A DNA stretch of 64,000 bases from Eledone cirrhosa (GCA_964016885.1 OZ024746.1:81592001-81656000), one strand, 5' to 3'. Counted from the stretch's first letter, positions 41,429 through 54,152 are shown. Notes: generated by a model not told the origin, from the sequence alone. Numbers and translations are program-made.

Positions 41429-41599
41429 GACTCTCATGTCGAGAACGACGTATAGGCATAGAGGGTAAAATATAACAAAACTGGATAGAATTAATAAAAT
41501 AAATAACGAATTAAGTTCAATTTGAGTGACTCTTGTAAAGTGTGGGACTACGTCTAGACTTACAAGTTTGGTTGCATGTGTTATGTTCATGTTTAATTC

Positions 41600-42085
41600 T
41601 TATGTACTTTTTGTTAGGATCAACAAGATCAGCCATGAGATGAACAAGTCCATCGGAACAGGCAGTTCAGGCAGATGTGTTCATTCCCTACATGTAGAAG
41701 TATGTCTTTATGCTTAAGACTTTCATTCATTTGGTCTTTGTTAGGTAAAATTTGTCTTCCAAAGTATTTTGAGAATGCTAGTATCTTCCATACGAACGAC
41801 ACCCCTAACTTTGCATTCGTGCGCTTAACGTCCGAGGCGAACATCTCCCTGTTCGTCAGATAGCTTCGACTCGACAATATCCCTCTTTGCCAGACTCTTA
41901 GCATAGATTTTACCGGGGAGGCTTAACAAAGAGATCCCTCTATAATTAGAGCAATCTCTCTTGCTTCCCGTTTTGAAAATTGGGATTATCACTCCCGATT
42001 GCCATTGCTTAGGTGCCTATCCTGGGATCCAGTCTTTCCGGCACCACGAGTCAGCCAGAGAATACCTTCTCTACTTAAGGCTTTT
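41600..42085 (-). pseudogene. RTE-clade LINE RT N-terminal remnant
   Basis: Minus translation APKQWQSGVIIPIFKTGSKRDCSNYRGISLLSLPGKIYA. Confidence 0.85.
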
Positions 42086-42168
42086 AACATATGAGGTCTC
42101 TGCCGCCGCCACCACTACCACAAGAAGAAGAAGCAGCAGCAGCAATACAGCAACAGCAGTAGTAGTAA

Positions 42169-42227
<59 letters not shown>

Positions 42228-42524
42228 ATAGTTTGTTTTGCATGTTCTCCGAAACAACTCTGAGAAACCACTCTGCTATTAAAAATCCGTCTTCATAAAT
42301 CTTTCATAATTTTAGATTTTTGAATTAATTTTCTACTTTTGGAAGTCGGCTGATGTAACAAAACGCTGGATAAAATGTATTAAATTATTTTATTTAATGC
42401 CACTAAGTTTTGTCTCTAAATGCAGTTGCAGTTAACTTAGCCTTTCATCTCCCTAGAGTCAATAAAATTAAAACTATGGGTGTGGGTTCATTGTTTCAAG
42501 CAAGTCCTCTCCCGTAGTCTAGAC

Positions 42525-43215
42525 CAGCCATCGCCAAACGGTGGTCTGCGGAGCACTGGTCATCCGAGAGAAAATCTTGGTGGTCCGCAGAAAAATGTGG
42601 ACATTATTTTCAAATGTTATGTTTTATTAATAATAAAACAAAAATAATTATTTCTACTTTTTTGGCACTTGGCCAGCAATTATCCCAGTGCATTACTGGT
42701 ACTTTATTTTTATCGACCCCCCCCCCCCCCCCGTAAGGATGAAAGGCAAAGTTAAACAAAAATAATAAATATAAAATAAATATATTTTATAACACCTCTA
42801 AAATATGTTTCTCCTCAGTAAAGAACTAACATCCATGAAATAATTTTACACATATTTATCATCTATCGACAATATGATACACGTACACTTCAGTATTGTT
42901 TAATAAAATGGTAGTTCTCTGATCATTATTGGCAGTATCAGTAGAGGGTCGGACACCATGCTTTGCAGCAAAGAGTTACGGCCGTTTATGGTCTGAGTTC
43001 AAATCCCGCCAAGGTTAACTTTACCTTTCATCCTTACGGGGTCGATAAAATAAAGTACCAGTAATGTACTGGGTAATTGCTGGCCTTGTGCCAAAAGTAG
43101 AAACAATTAATTTACAAATGTATTTATCTTTTTTAAAAAATTCATATTAGTGGTCCGCGGAATTAAAAATTGTGAATTTAGTGGTCCGTGAGGTCTGAAA
43201 GGTTAGCCATTGCTG
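42525..43215. mobile_element. hAT (Charlie-like) non-autonomous element with two nested SINE S1 pieces
   Basis: 8-bp TSD GTCTAGAC at 42517-42524 and 43216-43223. Termini cagc...gctg and repeated gtggtccgYg motifs. SINEs at ~42650-42757 (-) and 42929-43108 (+). Confidence 0.8.
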
Positions 43216-43674
43216 GTCTAGACAGAATGTCATAAATCAATCAATATTTTAGTATCAAATGAAGATTATTTGTTTATGTTAGTATTTTGTCATCATCTGT
43301 TCCACACACACTTTACTCCTAATTGTATCTTGGCCATAATAATTCCTTAAATAATTTCTATACAGTTTAATGATATTCATTTGACTTTTATCTTAACTAT
43401 AGGATTGTCACTATCTCGCACCTTTGACTACTAACACAGCGTTTTTTATGGCCGGAAATTCATACGATATTATCTAGTCTCGCCACGGTGACAGGTGTGC
43501 TTCTGTAGTTAAACTTTACATTGTAAATAAATCCGTCGTTCACCGAGTTAGTATTGGATGAATGAATGAATGAATGAATGAATAAACAATAAATATGAAA
43601 AGAGAAAGTGTAGTCTAAGGGAATTCGAGAAAAAAAAACTTGTATATATGTATGTGTGTATGTATGTATGTATG

Positions 43675-43706
<32 letters not shown>

Positions 43707-43759
43707 TGTATGTATGTATGTATGTATGTATGTATGTATGTATGTATGTATGTACGTAC

Positions 43760-43808
<49 letters not shown>

Positions 43809-43860
43809 GGAAAATTTGAAGAGGAACAAACAGAGAGGCAGTACAACGAATGTTTATTAA

Positions 43861-44256
43861 TGTGGCTGCCAACTCGTTTTCGAGTACGGCCACTACATTA
43901 TATCCATGTAGGAGAACTCCTACCGATGCACTGAACGAGTGTGACTTTTTAGTTCAGCCACTCTGGTACAAAGACTACACTTGTGTCAATTAGACACATA
44001 GTGGTGGGCCCTTGCTACCATGTGACGACAAGTGCAGAGAGATCTCCAGATACAAAGCAATGCCTGTGCCGTGAAGCTTTTATAGTGAGCAAAGGCACTG
44101 CACAAAGCCAGTCCCACTCTCTTAACTAAGATGATATTTACCAAAAAGAAGAACAAGTCAACATCATTGGATACCATCAGGGTTGCAGGTGTTATATCAG
44201 AGTTTTCCTTCTTCTAGAATTCTGCCTTGACAAAGGCTAAGGGGTCATCTCTCCCG
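43861..44256. mobile_element. Family M repeat copy (more diverged)
   Basis: Colinear with 56640-57045. Confidence 0.85.
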
Positions 44257-44310
44257 TATGTATATATATATATATACATTAATAAATATATACACATAAA
44301 TATATGTATA

Positions 44311-44396
<86 letters not shown>

Positions 44397-44553
44397 ATAT
44401 ATAATATACATACGTACATATAACAATATATAGAGATGAGGCCTAGTATATATACAATACTAGGCCTCGTCTCTATCACTATATCTTCTTATTAGTTGTG
44501 ACTAATACCACTTTATGTTAATGCTTCCTCTTGTTTATTCGTTTCTCGTTTAC

Positions 44554-44595
<42 letters not shown>

Positions 44596-44643
44596 ACATG
44601 ATGGTGTAGGACAGAACAAAGGAGAGACACAGAATAAAAACCT

Positions 44644-44688
44644 AGTCACTGAGGAGGTCACAGAATGTGTGACGAAAGACCTTTGGCA
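44644..44688 (+). ncRNA. Hammerhead ribozyme, diverged copy of the 869-913 family
   Basis: agtca-CTGAGGA-g-GTCACA-gaatg-TGTGAC-GAAA-gacc-TT-tggca, followed by a diverged PLE tail to ~44810. Confidence 0.7.
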
Positions 44689-44805
44689 ATATATAAACAA
44701 CCATCCGGTTATCGAAACAACCAACCGACTGGAAATTTATAATAAATTGAAGTGAAAATCAACAGGTGCGTGTTTTTATTGGCAGAATAGCCTTCACAAA
44801 GTATA

Positions 44806-44839
<34 letters not shown>

Positions 44840-45062
44840 TTATATATATATTAATTTTTTCCCCCTTTTTAATGTCTTTCCACCACTCGCCCCTCATACC
44901 CTTGGAACTCTTTTCCTTCCCACTTTTCTCCTGATAAAGGGCTTATGAACCTAATACCACACTGTTTGTACTGCACTCTTTGTTATTGTTTTTGTTTTTT
45001 GTATTTTACTTATATATATATATGTATATATATATATATGGGGGTAATGTGGGATATATATA

Positions 45063-45125
<63 letters not shown>

Positions 45126-45630
45126 ATCAAACCTACAAACAAAATCCCACGCAGATACCACAAGGGATTTCAGCTATTACGTTCTTTTTAATTATTCAGT
45201 TGGTTAGCTTTAAAACCCATCTTTTATGGAAATATCCCCCTCCCATTGGTCAAGGGTACATATATTGTATGTACCCTTATAGAAATCCACTGCTTTATTT
45301 TGTTTTATTTTATTTCATTTTATTTATTTGTTTATTTTTCTGTCTGATTCGGGTGGTCACCTACCACCCATACTGAACCAAACAAACCAATGGCTGACAC
45401 ATTTGTCACGCTTTCTTCTCTACTTGAACAATAATATAAAATTATATATATATATGTATATATATATATACACACATACATATATATAAATATATATACA
45501 TACATATATATAAATATATATATATATATACATACACATATATATATATACATACATATACATACATATATATAAATATATATATATATATACATACACA
45601 TATATATATATACATACATATATATGTATA

Positions 45631-45680
<50 letters not shown>

Positions 45681-45744
45681 TAGTATACATATATAGTATA
45701 CATATATATATATGTGCGTATACTATATATATAGTATATATGTA

Positions 45745-45848
<104 letters not shown>

Positions 45849-46016
45849 ACTATATATGTATACTATATATGTATACTATATATATATATACATACATATG
45901 TATATTATATATGTATATTATATATATGTATGTATATTATATATATGTATATATATACATATATATGAATATATATATGTATATATATATACATACATAT
46001 ATATATGTATATATAT

Positions 46017-46064
<48 letters not shown>

Positions 46065-46098
46065 TTATATATATGTATGTGTGTATATATATATGTAT

Positions 46099-46137
<39 letters not shown>

Positions 46138-46180
46138 CATATATATTTATATATATGTATGTGTGTATATATATATGTAT

Positions 46181-46219
<39 letters not shown>

Positions 46220-46294
46220 CATATATATTTATATATATGTATGTGTGTATATATATATGTATGTATATATATATATATATATATGTATGTATAT

Positions 46295-46360
<66 letters not shown>

Positions 46361-46418
46361 ATATATATACATATATATATGTATGTATATATATATACAT
46401 ACATATATATATATATAT

Positions 46419-46485
<67 letters not shown>

Positions 46486-47420
46486 CATGCAAATATATAT
46501 ATATATTCCTTACTTTTCTCAAGTCTTTTGAAAACATCCGCATAAACCACCTTACACCTTTCACTTTACACTTCACCTCTGCCAACGACCAACAATCACC
46601 CATCCAACCAATACGCCTCACTCAAGAAGTCTAACTGAATCCTCTACAACACACCACCACCACACACTTCTTATACCATCTACACACCTTTTATACAGCC
46701 AGTGCTATTTGTCGATGTCACCAAGTTTGATGAATGGTCTGAGTTTTTTTTTTCATTTTTATTTTAGATTCTTTTTTGTTACTTTTTGTATATTTTGTGT
46801 GTGTGTGTTTTTTTTTATTTCGTCCTGTTTCACTGAACTTTATTTTTCTTCTTCTTCGATGTGTTTTGTTTACTTTAAAAAAAGCAAGCAAATAATAACC
46901 CTGAAGCTGATCCGCACATCAACTAACCTACACGAGGTGGGCGTAAGGGAAAAGTGGTCTTGATGCATTACAGAACTGTGTTGATGTGAGTATCATAGGT
47001 AAAATTGTAAACACACGCACACAAGCACACACACTCACACAGACACACAAACACGCGCACTCACACAAACATGCGCACTCACACAGACACGCACACTCAC
47101 ACAGACACGCACACACACACACACAGGCGCCACAGGTTCATATCCATATATACACAGAACATAGTGTCAGGTAAATAAATACTCATTGAGGTAAACAAGT
47201 TATTTTGTTCATCTTCTTCGTGTAATGGAGATCTGTTCTATGTAAATTTCCAGCACAATAATTGTTCCTAGCATTGGCACAAGGCTTGAAACAGTAGATT
47301 TTATAGACCCCAGTACTTGATTGATACTTTATTATATCGACCCCCGGAAGGATGAAAGGTAAAGTTGACCTCGAAGTGATTTGAACTCTGAACGTAATGA
47401 GTCGGAACAAATGCGGGAAG

Positions 47421-47476
<56 letters not shown>

Positions 47477-47535
47477 TCTTCACCACCACCACCACCATTA
47501 TCTTTATTAACACCATTACCAACTCTGCTATCATG

Positions 47536-47723
47536 GGGCGGTGGATTGGCAGTATCGGTAGAGCGTCAAACAACATGCTTTGCAGCATAAAGTTACGACC
47601 CTTCGCGTTTTGAGTTCAAATCCCGCCGAGGTTAACTTTGCCTTTCATCCTTACGGGATCGATAAAATAAAGTACCAGTAATGTACTGGAACAATTGCTG
47701 GCCTTGTGCCAAAAGTAGAACAA
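47536..47723 (+). mobile_element. SINE S1 copy (a diverged reverse copy lies at ~47260-47400)
   Basis: Full head, B box, central domain and tail. Confidence 0.85.
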
Positions 47724-47899
47724 ATTTTTAAATCAACAATTATAGGCAGCGACTTCCAATAGAAATATGGTAACGAAAGGGTTGAAATAAATCTCTGTTC
47801 GTTTTCAAACACAATGAACTTCATTTGCCTGTGACGTTCTGTATTTAACACACGCTAAAAAAAAACAAAAGATAAAAATACATCTAAGTGCTAAAGCTA

Positions 47900-48575
47900 A
47901 CACATTACTGTGCTAGTTCCTGCAATTCGTGTATTAAATTAATGCGCCTGCCTTCCATCACTCGTGAACACGACTCCGACATACTTGAACTTCTTCACCC
48001 GCTTCTATGGAACTCCACTCGCATGCAGTGTACACTGCGCAGGCTTCCTTGAGGGGACGAGTGTCTCAGTCTGCTCTGACTTTCATTCCTGTCGTGCATC
48101 ACTCGGCAACAAACCTATCAAGGACATGTCAGTGATCCCTTTCTGACGAGTTAAGTAGCACCATGTCATCCGCAATTCCAACCGACTGATCCTACACACA
48201 CCAGTCTCTCTACATCATTTCCAGCCCAACTGCGCATGCCAATCCCGTGCGGAGTCCAACACACACATTGAATGGTTATTTGAACACAAGTGCCAGGACA
48301 TTCGTACAGGGACATCAGGGCAACAAGTGGCTGTTCATCGATTCCATTCTCCTGCAGAACCTTCTACAATATATCCCGAGGAACGTGGCCATATGCCTTT
48401 TCGAGGTATACGAAGCAAGAATACCCTTCTTTGCAGTACTCACACGATTTCTCAAAGACCTGCCACAGTGTGAATAATTGGTCGGCTGTGCTGCGTCCGG
48501 GGCGAAAACCAGACGGTTCGCCAGCTAGCTTGTACTCGACAATATTCCTACATCTCTTTATCAGATACTTAGCAT
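47900..48575 (-). pseudogene. RTE (Rex3/Expander-like) reverse transcriptase remnant
   Basis: Minus translation GFRPGRSTADQLFTLWQVFEKSCEY...CFVYLEKAYGHVPRDIL*KVL...ADDMVL...FKYVGVVFTSDGRQ, with internal deletions. Confidence 0.85.
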
Positions 48576-48664
48576 GATCGGGGTATTAGTGGGCCTGTAG
48601 AATTCCTTGATTTTCTTTTTTTATGTTCTGTATAAGGATTAAAGCTTTACTATGTATACCGTAG

Positions 48665-48774
<110 letters not shown>

Positions 48775-49376
48775 ATATTTGGGGAGGGTCACATTGTTAT
48801 AATATTATTGCCAGAAATGATAATAAAACACACCCACTCTTTGGTTTGGATTGGTTTTCGCTTCTGTATATTTTATATCCCTATAGTTAATTTAGCCTCC
48901 ATCATGGATCAAATAAGCACTCTTGCCATAATAACACATTTTGAACTGCTTATCTTCAAGAACTATGCCTGTAATAATATTATTGTTTCTTTCCCATTAC
49001 CTTATCATGTTCCACATTACCCCCTTTTTTTTCTTTTTTCTTTTCACTTCAAAAACCTTTTTTGTAAATAACATTATTCTTTCTTCACCATTTCCTTAAC
49101 ATGTTCAACATCACCAACATTTTACACCAATACAAATTCCCCCCTTTGATAATGCATAAAATGCTGAAACCGGTAATAGACAATTATTAAATATATAAAT
49201 AAATAAATAAATAAATAAATGCCATTGTTAATTAATAAATAAATTAACTAATACCTTAACACTTCACACAAAGTAAAATATTTTGTTTTAAACATTTTCT
49301 AACCCAGAAAAAAGAGAAAAAAATAAAAAGGAAAAAAAAATATTTTTCTTCCTAATAATCGTCTTTTTCTCCCTAG

Positions 49377-49449
<73 letters not shown>

Positions 49450-49455
<6 letters not shown>

Positions 49456-49848
49456 TGTATATATAGTGTATTTTGCAATACACTGTATGCTTAATTGAAA
49501 GCATTTCGAAGACCTTACGCTATTGTTTTAGAGTAGTGACAGTCTCACTTACTTTTAATTTTCAGCAAACAGGGGAGATAAAGCTGACAGACCTGTGTTT
49601 CGTAGTGATTGGTACTTATCAAAGCCAAGCACTCCACCTGTTTGCTGAAAATCATGAATGTTTGATTCTTATAGAATTTCTAGTAATAATCAGGAACTGA
49701 TTATAAAGAGCGGTTGCCGATCAAGCAGAAATTGAAAATTAAAAGTAAGTGAGACTGTCACTACTCTAAAACAATAGCGTAAGGTCTTCGAAATGCTTTC
49801 AATTAAGCATACAGTGTATTGCAAAATACATTATATATACATTCATAT
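49450..49848 (-). mobile_element. Family C element with ~115-bp near-perfect inverted arms and U3-A8 hammerhead
   Basis: 49450-49564 is the reverse complement of ~49733-49848. Inner stem ttttcagcaaacagg / cctgtttgctgaaaa encloses the HHR. Confidence 0.75.
49582..49626 (-). ncRNA. Hammerhead ribozyme, U3-A8 core variant
   Basis: Minus strand: ggct-TTGATAA-GTA-ccaatcac-TAC-GAAA-CA-caggtc-TG-TC-agct, with a GUC cleavage triplet. Confidence 0.65.
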
Positions 49849-50060
49849 ATATATCGTTATTTCAGAGAACCGAACCAATTCTAATTTTAATATATATATA
49901 TATATATTCCTACTCGTGTGCTCCTTCTCCACATTTTATTATATATAGATATACTGGTGCGTGTGTTTCTTATTGGCAACATGACCCTCCCAAAGTATAA
50001 CAATATCGGTTTCAACACACGATTTCAGATAAAGAATCTTGCTAAACAAATTCAGAAACG

Positions 50061-50137
<77 letters not shown>

Positions 50138-50249
50138 TTGAAAAAAAATGAAAACGAAATTTCATTTCTCACTCTTAGTATGGCACTTACTTAAATGTAA
50201 GTATGTATGTATACGTACATACATATATGTATACAGACGTACAGTAGCA

Positions 50250-50291
<42 letters not shown>

Positions 50292-50466
50292 TATACACAT
50301 ATGCATACAGGTACACATACATATATATGCACGCATCAGTTTAGCCGGCGTTTATTATAACGCCGGCCGCTTTGTTCGTTTGTTTGTCAACAAAGCGAAC
50401 AGCCTGAATTTATGCCATACGGTGTTAAGGCAACCACGTCACCTTTTTGTTCAACACCGACACAGG

Positions 50467-50511
50467 AACGATGTACTAGTTTCAAGCTTGTTAGCTATCA
50501 TCAGCACCGTT
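50467..50511 (-). ncRNA. Minimal type I hammerhead, array unit 1
   Basis: Minus strand: aacggtg-CTGATGA-t-AGCT-aaca-AGCT-t-GAAA-ctag-TA-catcgtt. Stem I is 7 bp and helix III is the palindrome ACTAGT. Confidence 0.9.
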
Positions 50512-50584
50512 TACCCATCTGCCAGATAGTTGAACGTTCGAAAGTATATACTTTCCTTATGAAAATTAACGGCTGAGCAGCCTA

Positions 50585-50592
50585 ATTTGCAT
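50585..50592 (-). promoter_or_regulatory. Octamer motif ATGCAAAT, present in every array unit
   Basis: Perfect ATTTGCAT on the plus strand, ~74 nt upstream of the HHR in the HHR sense. Function untested. Confidence 0.35.
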
Positions 50593-50746
50593 ATTGAGTG
50601 AGTTAAATCGGTCAGGCATACCGAAAACGATAAGTTGAAAAAAAATGAAAACGAAATTTCATTTCTCACTCTTAGTATGGCACTTACTTAAATGTAAGTA
50701 TGTATGTATACGTACATACATATATGTATACAGACGTACAGTAGCA

Positions 50747-50788
<42 letters not shown>

Positions 50789-50961
50789 TATACACATATG
50801 CATACAGGTACACATACATATATGCACGCATCAGTTTAGCCGGCGTTTATTATAACGCCGGCCGCTTTGTTCGTTTGTTTGTCAACAAAGCGAACAGCCT
50901 GAATTTATGCCATACGGTGTTAAGGCAACCACGTCACCTTTTTGTTCAACACCGACACAGG

Positions 50962-51006
50962 AACGATGTACTAGTTTCAAGCTTGTTAGCTATCATCAGC
51001 ACCGTT
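50962..51006 (-). ncRNA. Minimal type I hammerhead, array unit 2
   Basis: Identical to 50467-50511. Confidence 0.9.
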
Positions 51007-51241
51007 TACCCATCTGCCAGATAGTTGAACGTTCGAAAGTATATACTTTCCTTATGAAAATTAACGGCTGAGCAGCCTAATTTGCATATTGAGTGAGTTA
51101 AATCGGTCAGGCATACCGAAAACGATAAGTTGAAAAAAAATGAAAACGAAATTTCATTTCTCACTCTTAGTATGGCACTTACTTAAATGTAAGTATGTAT
51201 GTATACGTACATACATATATGTATACAGACGTACAGTAGCA

Positions 51242-51287
<46 letters not shown>

Positions 51288-51460
51288 TATACACATATGC
51301 ATACAGGTACACATACATATATGCACGCATCAGTTTAGCCGGCGTTTATTATAACGCCGGCCGCTTTGTTCGTTTGTTTGTCAACAAAGCGAACAGCCTG
51401 AATTTATGCCATACGGTGTTAAGGCAACCACGTCACCTTTTTGTTCAACACCGACACAGG

Positions 51461-51505
51461 AACGATGTACTAGTTTCAAGCTTGTTAGCTATCATCAGCA
51501 CCGTT
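51461..51505 (-). ncRNA. Minimal type I hammerhead, array unit 3
   Basis: Identical to 50467-50511. Confidence 0.9.
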
Positions 51506-51740
51506 TACCCATCTGCCAGATAGTTGAACGTTCGAAAGTATATACTTTCCTTATGAAAATTAACGGCTGAGCAGCCTAATTTGCATATTGAGTGAGTTAA
51601 ATCGGTCAGGCATACCGAAAACGATAAGTTGAAAAAAAATGAAAACGAAATTTCATTTCTCACTCTTAGTATGGCACTTACTTAAATGTAAGTATGTATG
51701 TATACGTACATACATATATGTATACAGACGTACAGTAGCA

Positions 51741-51782
<42 letters not shown>

Positions 51783-51955
51783 TATACACATATGCATACA
51801 GGTACACATACATATATGCACGCATCAGTTTAGCCGGCGTTTATTATAACGCCGGCCGCTTTGTTCGTTTGTTTGTCAACAAAGCGAACAGCCTGAATTT
51901 ATGCCATACGGTGTTAAGGCAACCACGTCACCTTTTTGTTCAACACCGACACAGG

Positions 51956-52000
51956 AACGATGTACTAGTTTCAAGCTTGTTAGCTATCATCAGCACCGTT
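51956..52000 (-). ncRNA. Minimal type I hammerhead, array unit 4
   Basis: Identical to 50467-50511. Confidence 0.9.
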
Positions 52001-52174
52001 TACCCATCTGCCAGATAGTTGAACGTTCGAAAGTATATACTTTCCTTATGAAAATTAACGGCTGAGCAGCCTAATTTGCATATTGAGTGAGTTAAATCGG
52101 TCAGGCTAAACTGATGCGTGCATATATGTATGTGTACCTGTATATGTATGTGTACCTGTATGCATATGTGTATA

Positions 52175-52213
<39 letters not shown>

Positions 52214-52234
52214 ACCTGTATGCATATGTGTATA

Positions 52235-52276
<42 letters not shown>

Positions 52277-52511
52277 TGCTACTGTACGTCTGTATACATA
52301 TATGTATGTACGTATACATACATACTTACATTTAAGTAAGTGCCATACTAAGAGTGAGAAATGAAATTTCGTTTTCATTTTTTTTCAACTTATCGTTTTC
52401 GGTATGCCTGACCGATTTAACTCACTCAATATGCAAATTAGGCTGCTCAGCCGTTAATTTTCATAAGGAAAGTATATACTTTCGAACGTTCAACTATCTG
52501 GCAGATGGGTA

Positions 52512-52556
52512 AACGGTGCTGATGATAGCTAACAAGCTTGAAACTAGTACATCGTT
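52512..52556 (+). ncRNA. Minimal type I hammerhead, inverted unit
   Basis: aacggtgCTGATGAtagctaacaagcttGAAActagTAcatcgtt, read directly on the plus strand. Confidence 0.9.
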
Positions 52557-52729
52557 CCTGTGTCGGTGTTGAACAAAAAGGTGACGTGGTTGCCTTAACA
52601 CCGTATGGCATAAATTCAGGCTGTTCGCTTTGTTGACAAACAAACGAACAAAGCGGCCGGCGTTATAATAAACGCCGGCTAAACTGATGCGTGCATATAT
52701 GTATGTGTACCTGTATGCATATGTGTATA

Positions 52730-52771
<42 letters not shown>

Positions 52772-52821
52772 TGCTACTGTACGTCTGTATACATATATGT
52801 ATGTACGTATACATACATACT

Positions 52822-52866
<45 letters not shown>

Positions 52867-53632
52867 TATAATAATAATAAAATGTGGAGAAGGAGCACAC
52901 GAGTAAGAATATATATATATATATATAAAAATATATATATAAATTAGCGAGAATCGTATTTCGGCTATTGGAAATATATATATATATATATTGCATACTT
53001 TTTGTCCTTGTAAGGTCCCGTTACCCATCTTCCGCCGTGGTAAATAAATAAAATCATCATCATCTTCATTATTATTATTGACTATATGGGCTTTGAGGAC
53101 CTTAAAGATGTGAATAATTGAGTTTTACTTTTGTTGCTGATGTTGTTTGTTAGTTTTTCTTTTTTTTTTTGTCTCGGCACGAGGAAAAGAGGAAAAAGAC
53201 GGCATCGGACGTTATTGGAGAGCTTACCCAGAACCTAAGGATGGTTAATGGGTGAGAGAGTGTACCCCACCCACATCTACACCAACATATATTAACCCAG
53301 TCACACACATACCCATACACGCATGTATTAGTGTACACAATAGTGTTTAGTCCCACTTCAATTTGTTCAACTCTTCTAGTTTGAATAAACCTAGTGTAGA
53401 TTAGAACGTTGGCAAAGGGGGAGAAAAAGAAGAAGAAACAGAAAAGAAAGAGAGAAAGAAAGAATGAAAGAAAAGGATGAAGGGTATTAAACTTTTAGCC
53501 TGAGTCTGACTCGCATCAGAGATTCTTTTATATGTGTACATGTGTTTTGTGTGTTTATATGTATCATTGTACTTAACAATCTATCTATTTTTTATAGTTA
53601 AACACACACACACACGCGCGCGCACACACACT

Positions 53633-53695
<63 letters not shown>

Positions 53696-53699
<4 letters not shown>

Positions 53700-54072
53700 T
53701 TAATATAGATGAGATTCTACAGGACTAGAACTGTTTCATTCTTTAGAAATCATCAGGAATCTGGGTATCAAAAAATAAATATGGTATTTATATGCATAAC
53801 ATGCTAGTGAATGCATGTTATGCATATAAATGGTATTTATATGCATAACATGCTAGTAAATGACCTACACCCACCCCACTCCCCACCCTCTCCTACCACT
53901 TGTATAGACCTATAAATACCATATTTATTTTTTGATACCCAGATTGATGATTTCTAAAGAATGAAACAGTTCTAGTCCTGTAGAATCTCATCTATATTAA
54001 AACTTTTATACTCTACAATGTATTGAGTACCTTACTTACTGTGGTTACCTCCGATTCAACCCGGAATAACGT
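53696..54072. mobile_element. Family D element with ~95-bp inverted arms, each carrying an HHR
   Basis: 53696-53791 is the reverse complement of ~53911-54004. (TA)n flanks. Related pieces at ~6090-6230, 41260-41388 and 55325-55452. Confidence 0.75.
53713..53761 (-). ncRNA. Type I hammerhead, family D
   Basis: Minus strand: gattc-CTGATGA-tTTCT-aa-AGAAt-GAAA-CAG-ttctagtc-CTG-TA-gaatc. Stem I is 5 bp and stem III is 4 bp. Confidence 0.8.
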
Positions 54073-54089
54073 ACTATATATATATATAT

Positions 54090-54152
<63 letters not shown>

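Larger units (their letters stand above)
50133..52825 (-). mobile_element. Retrozyme-like tandem array: four ~497-bp units (50133, 50630, 51125, 51624) plus inverted ~1.5 units (52104-52825)
   Basis: Units are identical except for TA-tract lengths. One HHR per unit, no credible ORF, and both outer ends abut (TA)n. Confidence 0.85.

Noticed and set aside
49146-49180. U3-A8 HHR (TTGATAA-tGCAT-aaa-ATGCt-GAAA-ccgg-TA) as an intact ribozyme
   Set aside because: The core and stem II are present but stem I cannot pair, so it is counted only as degenerate.
50704-52814. Repeated 106-127 aa ORFs in the tandem array
   Set aside because: They are antisense to the HHR, their frame depends on TA-tract length and they show no protein motif.
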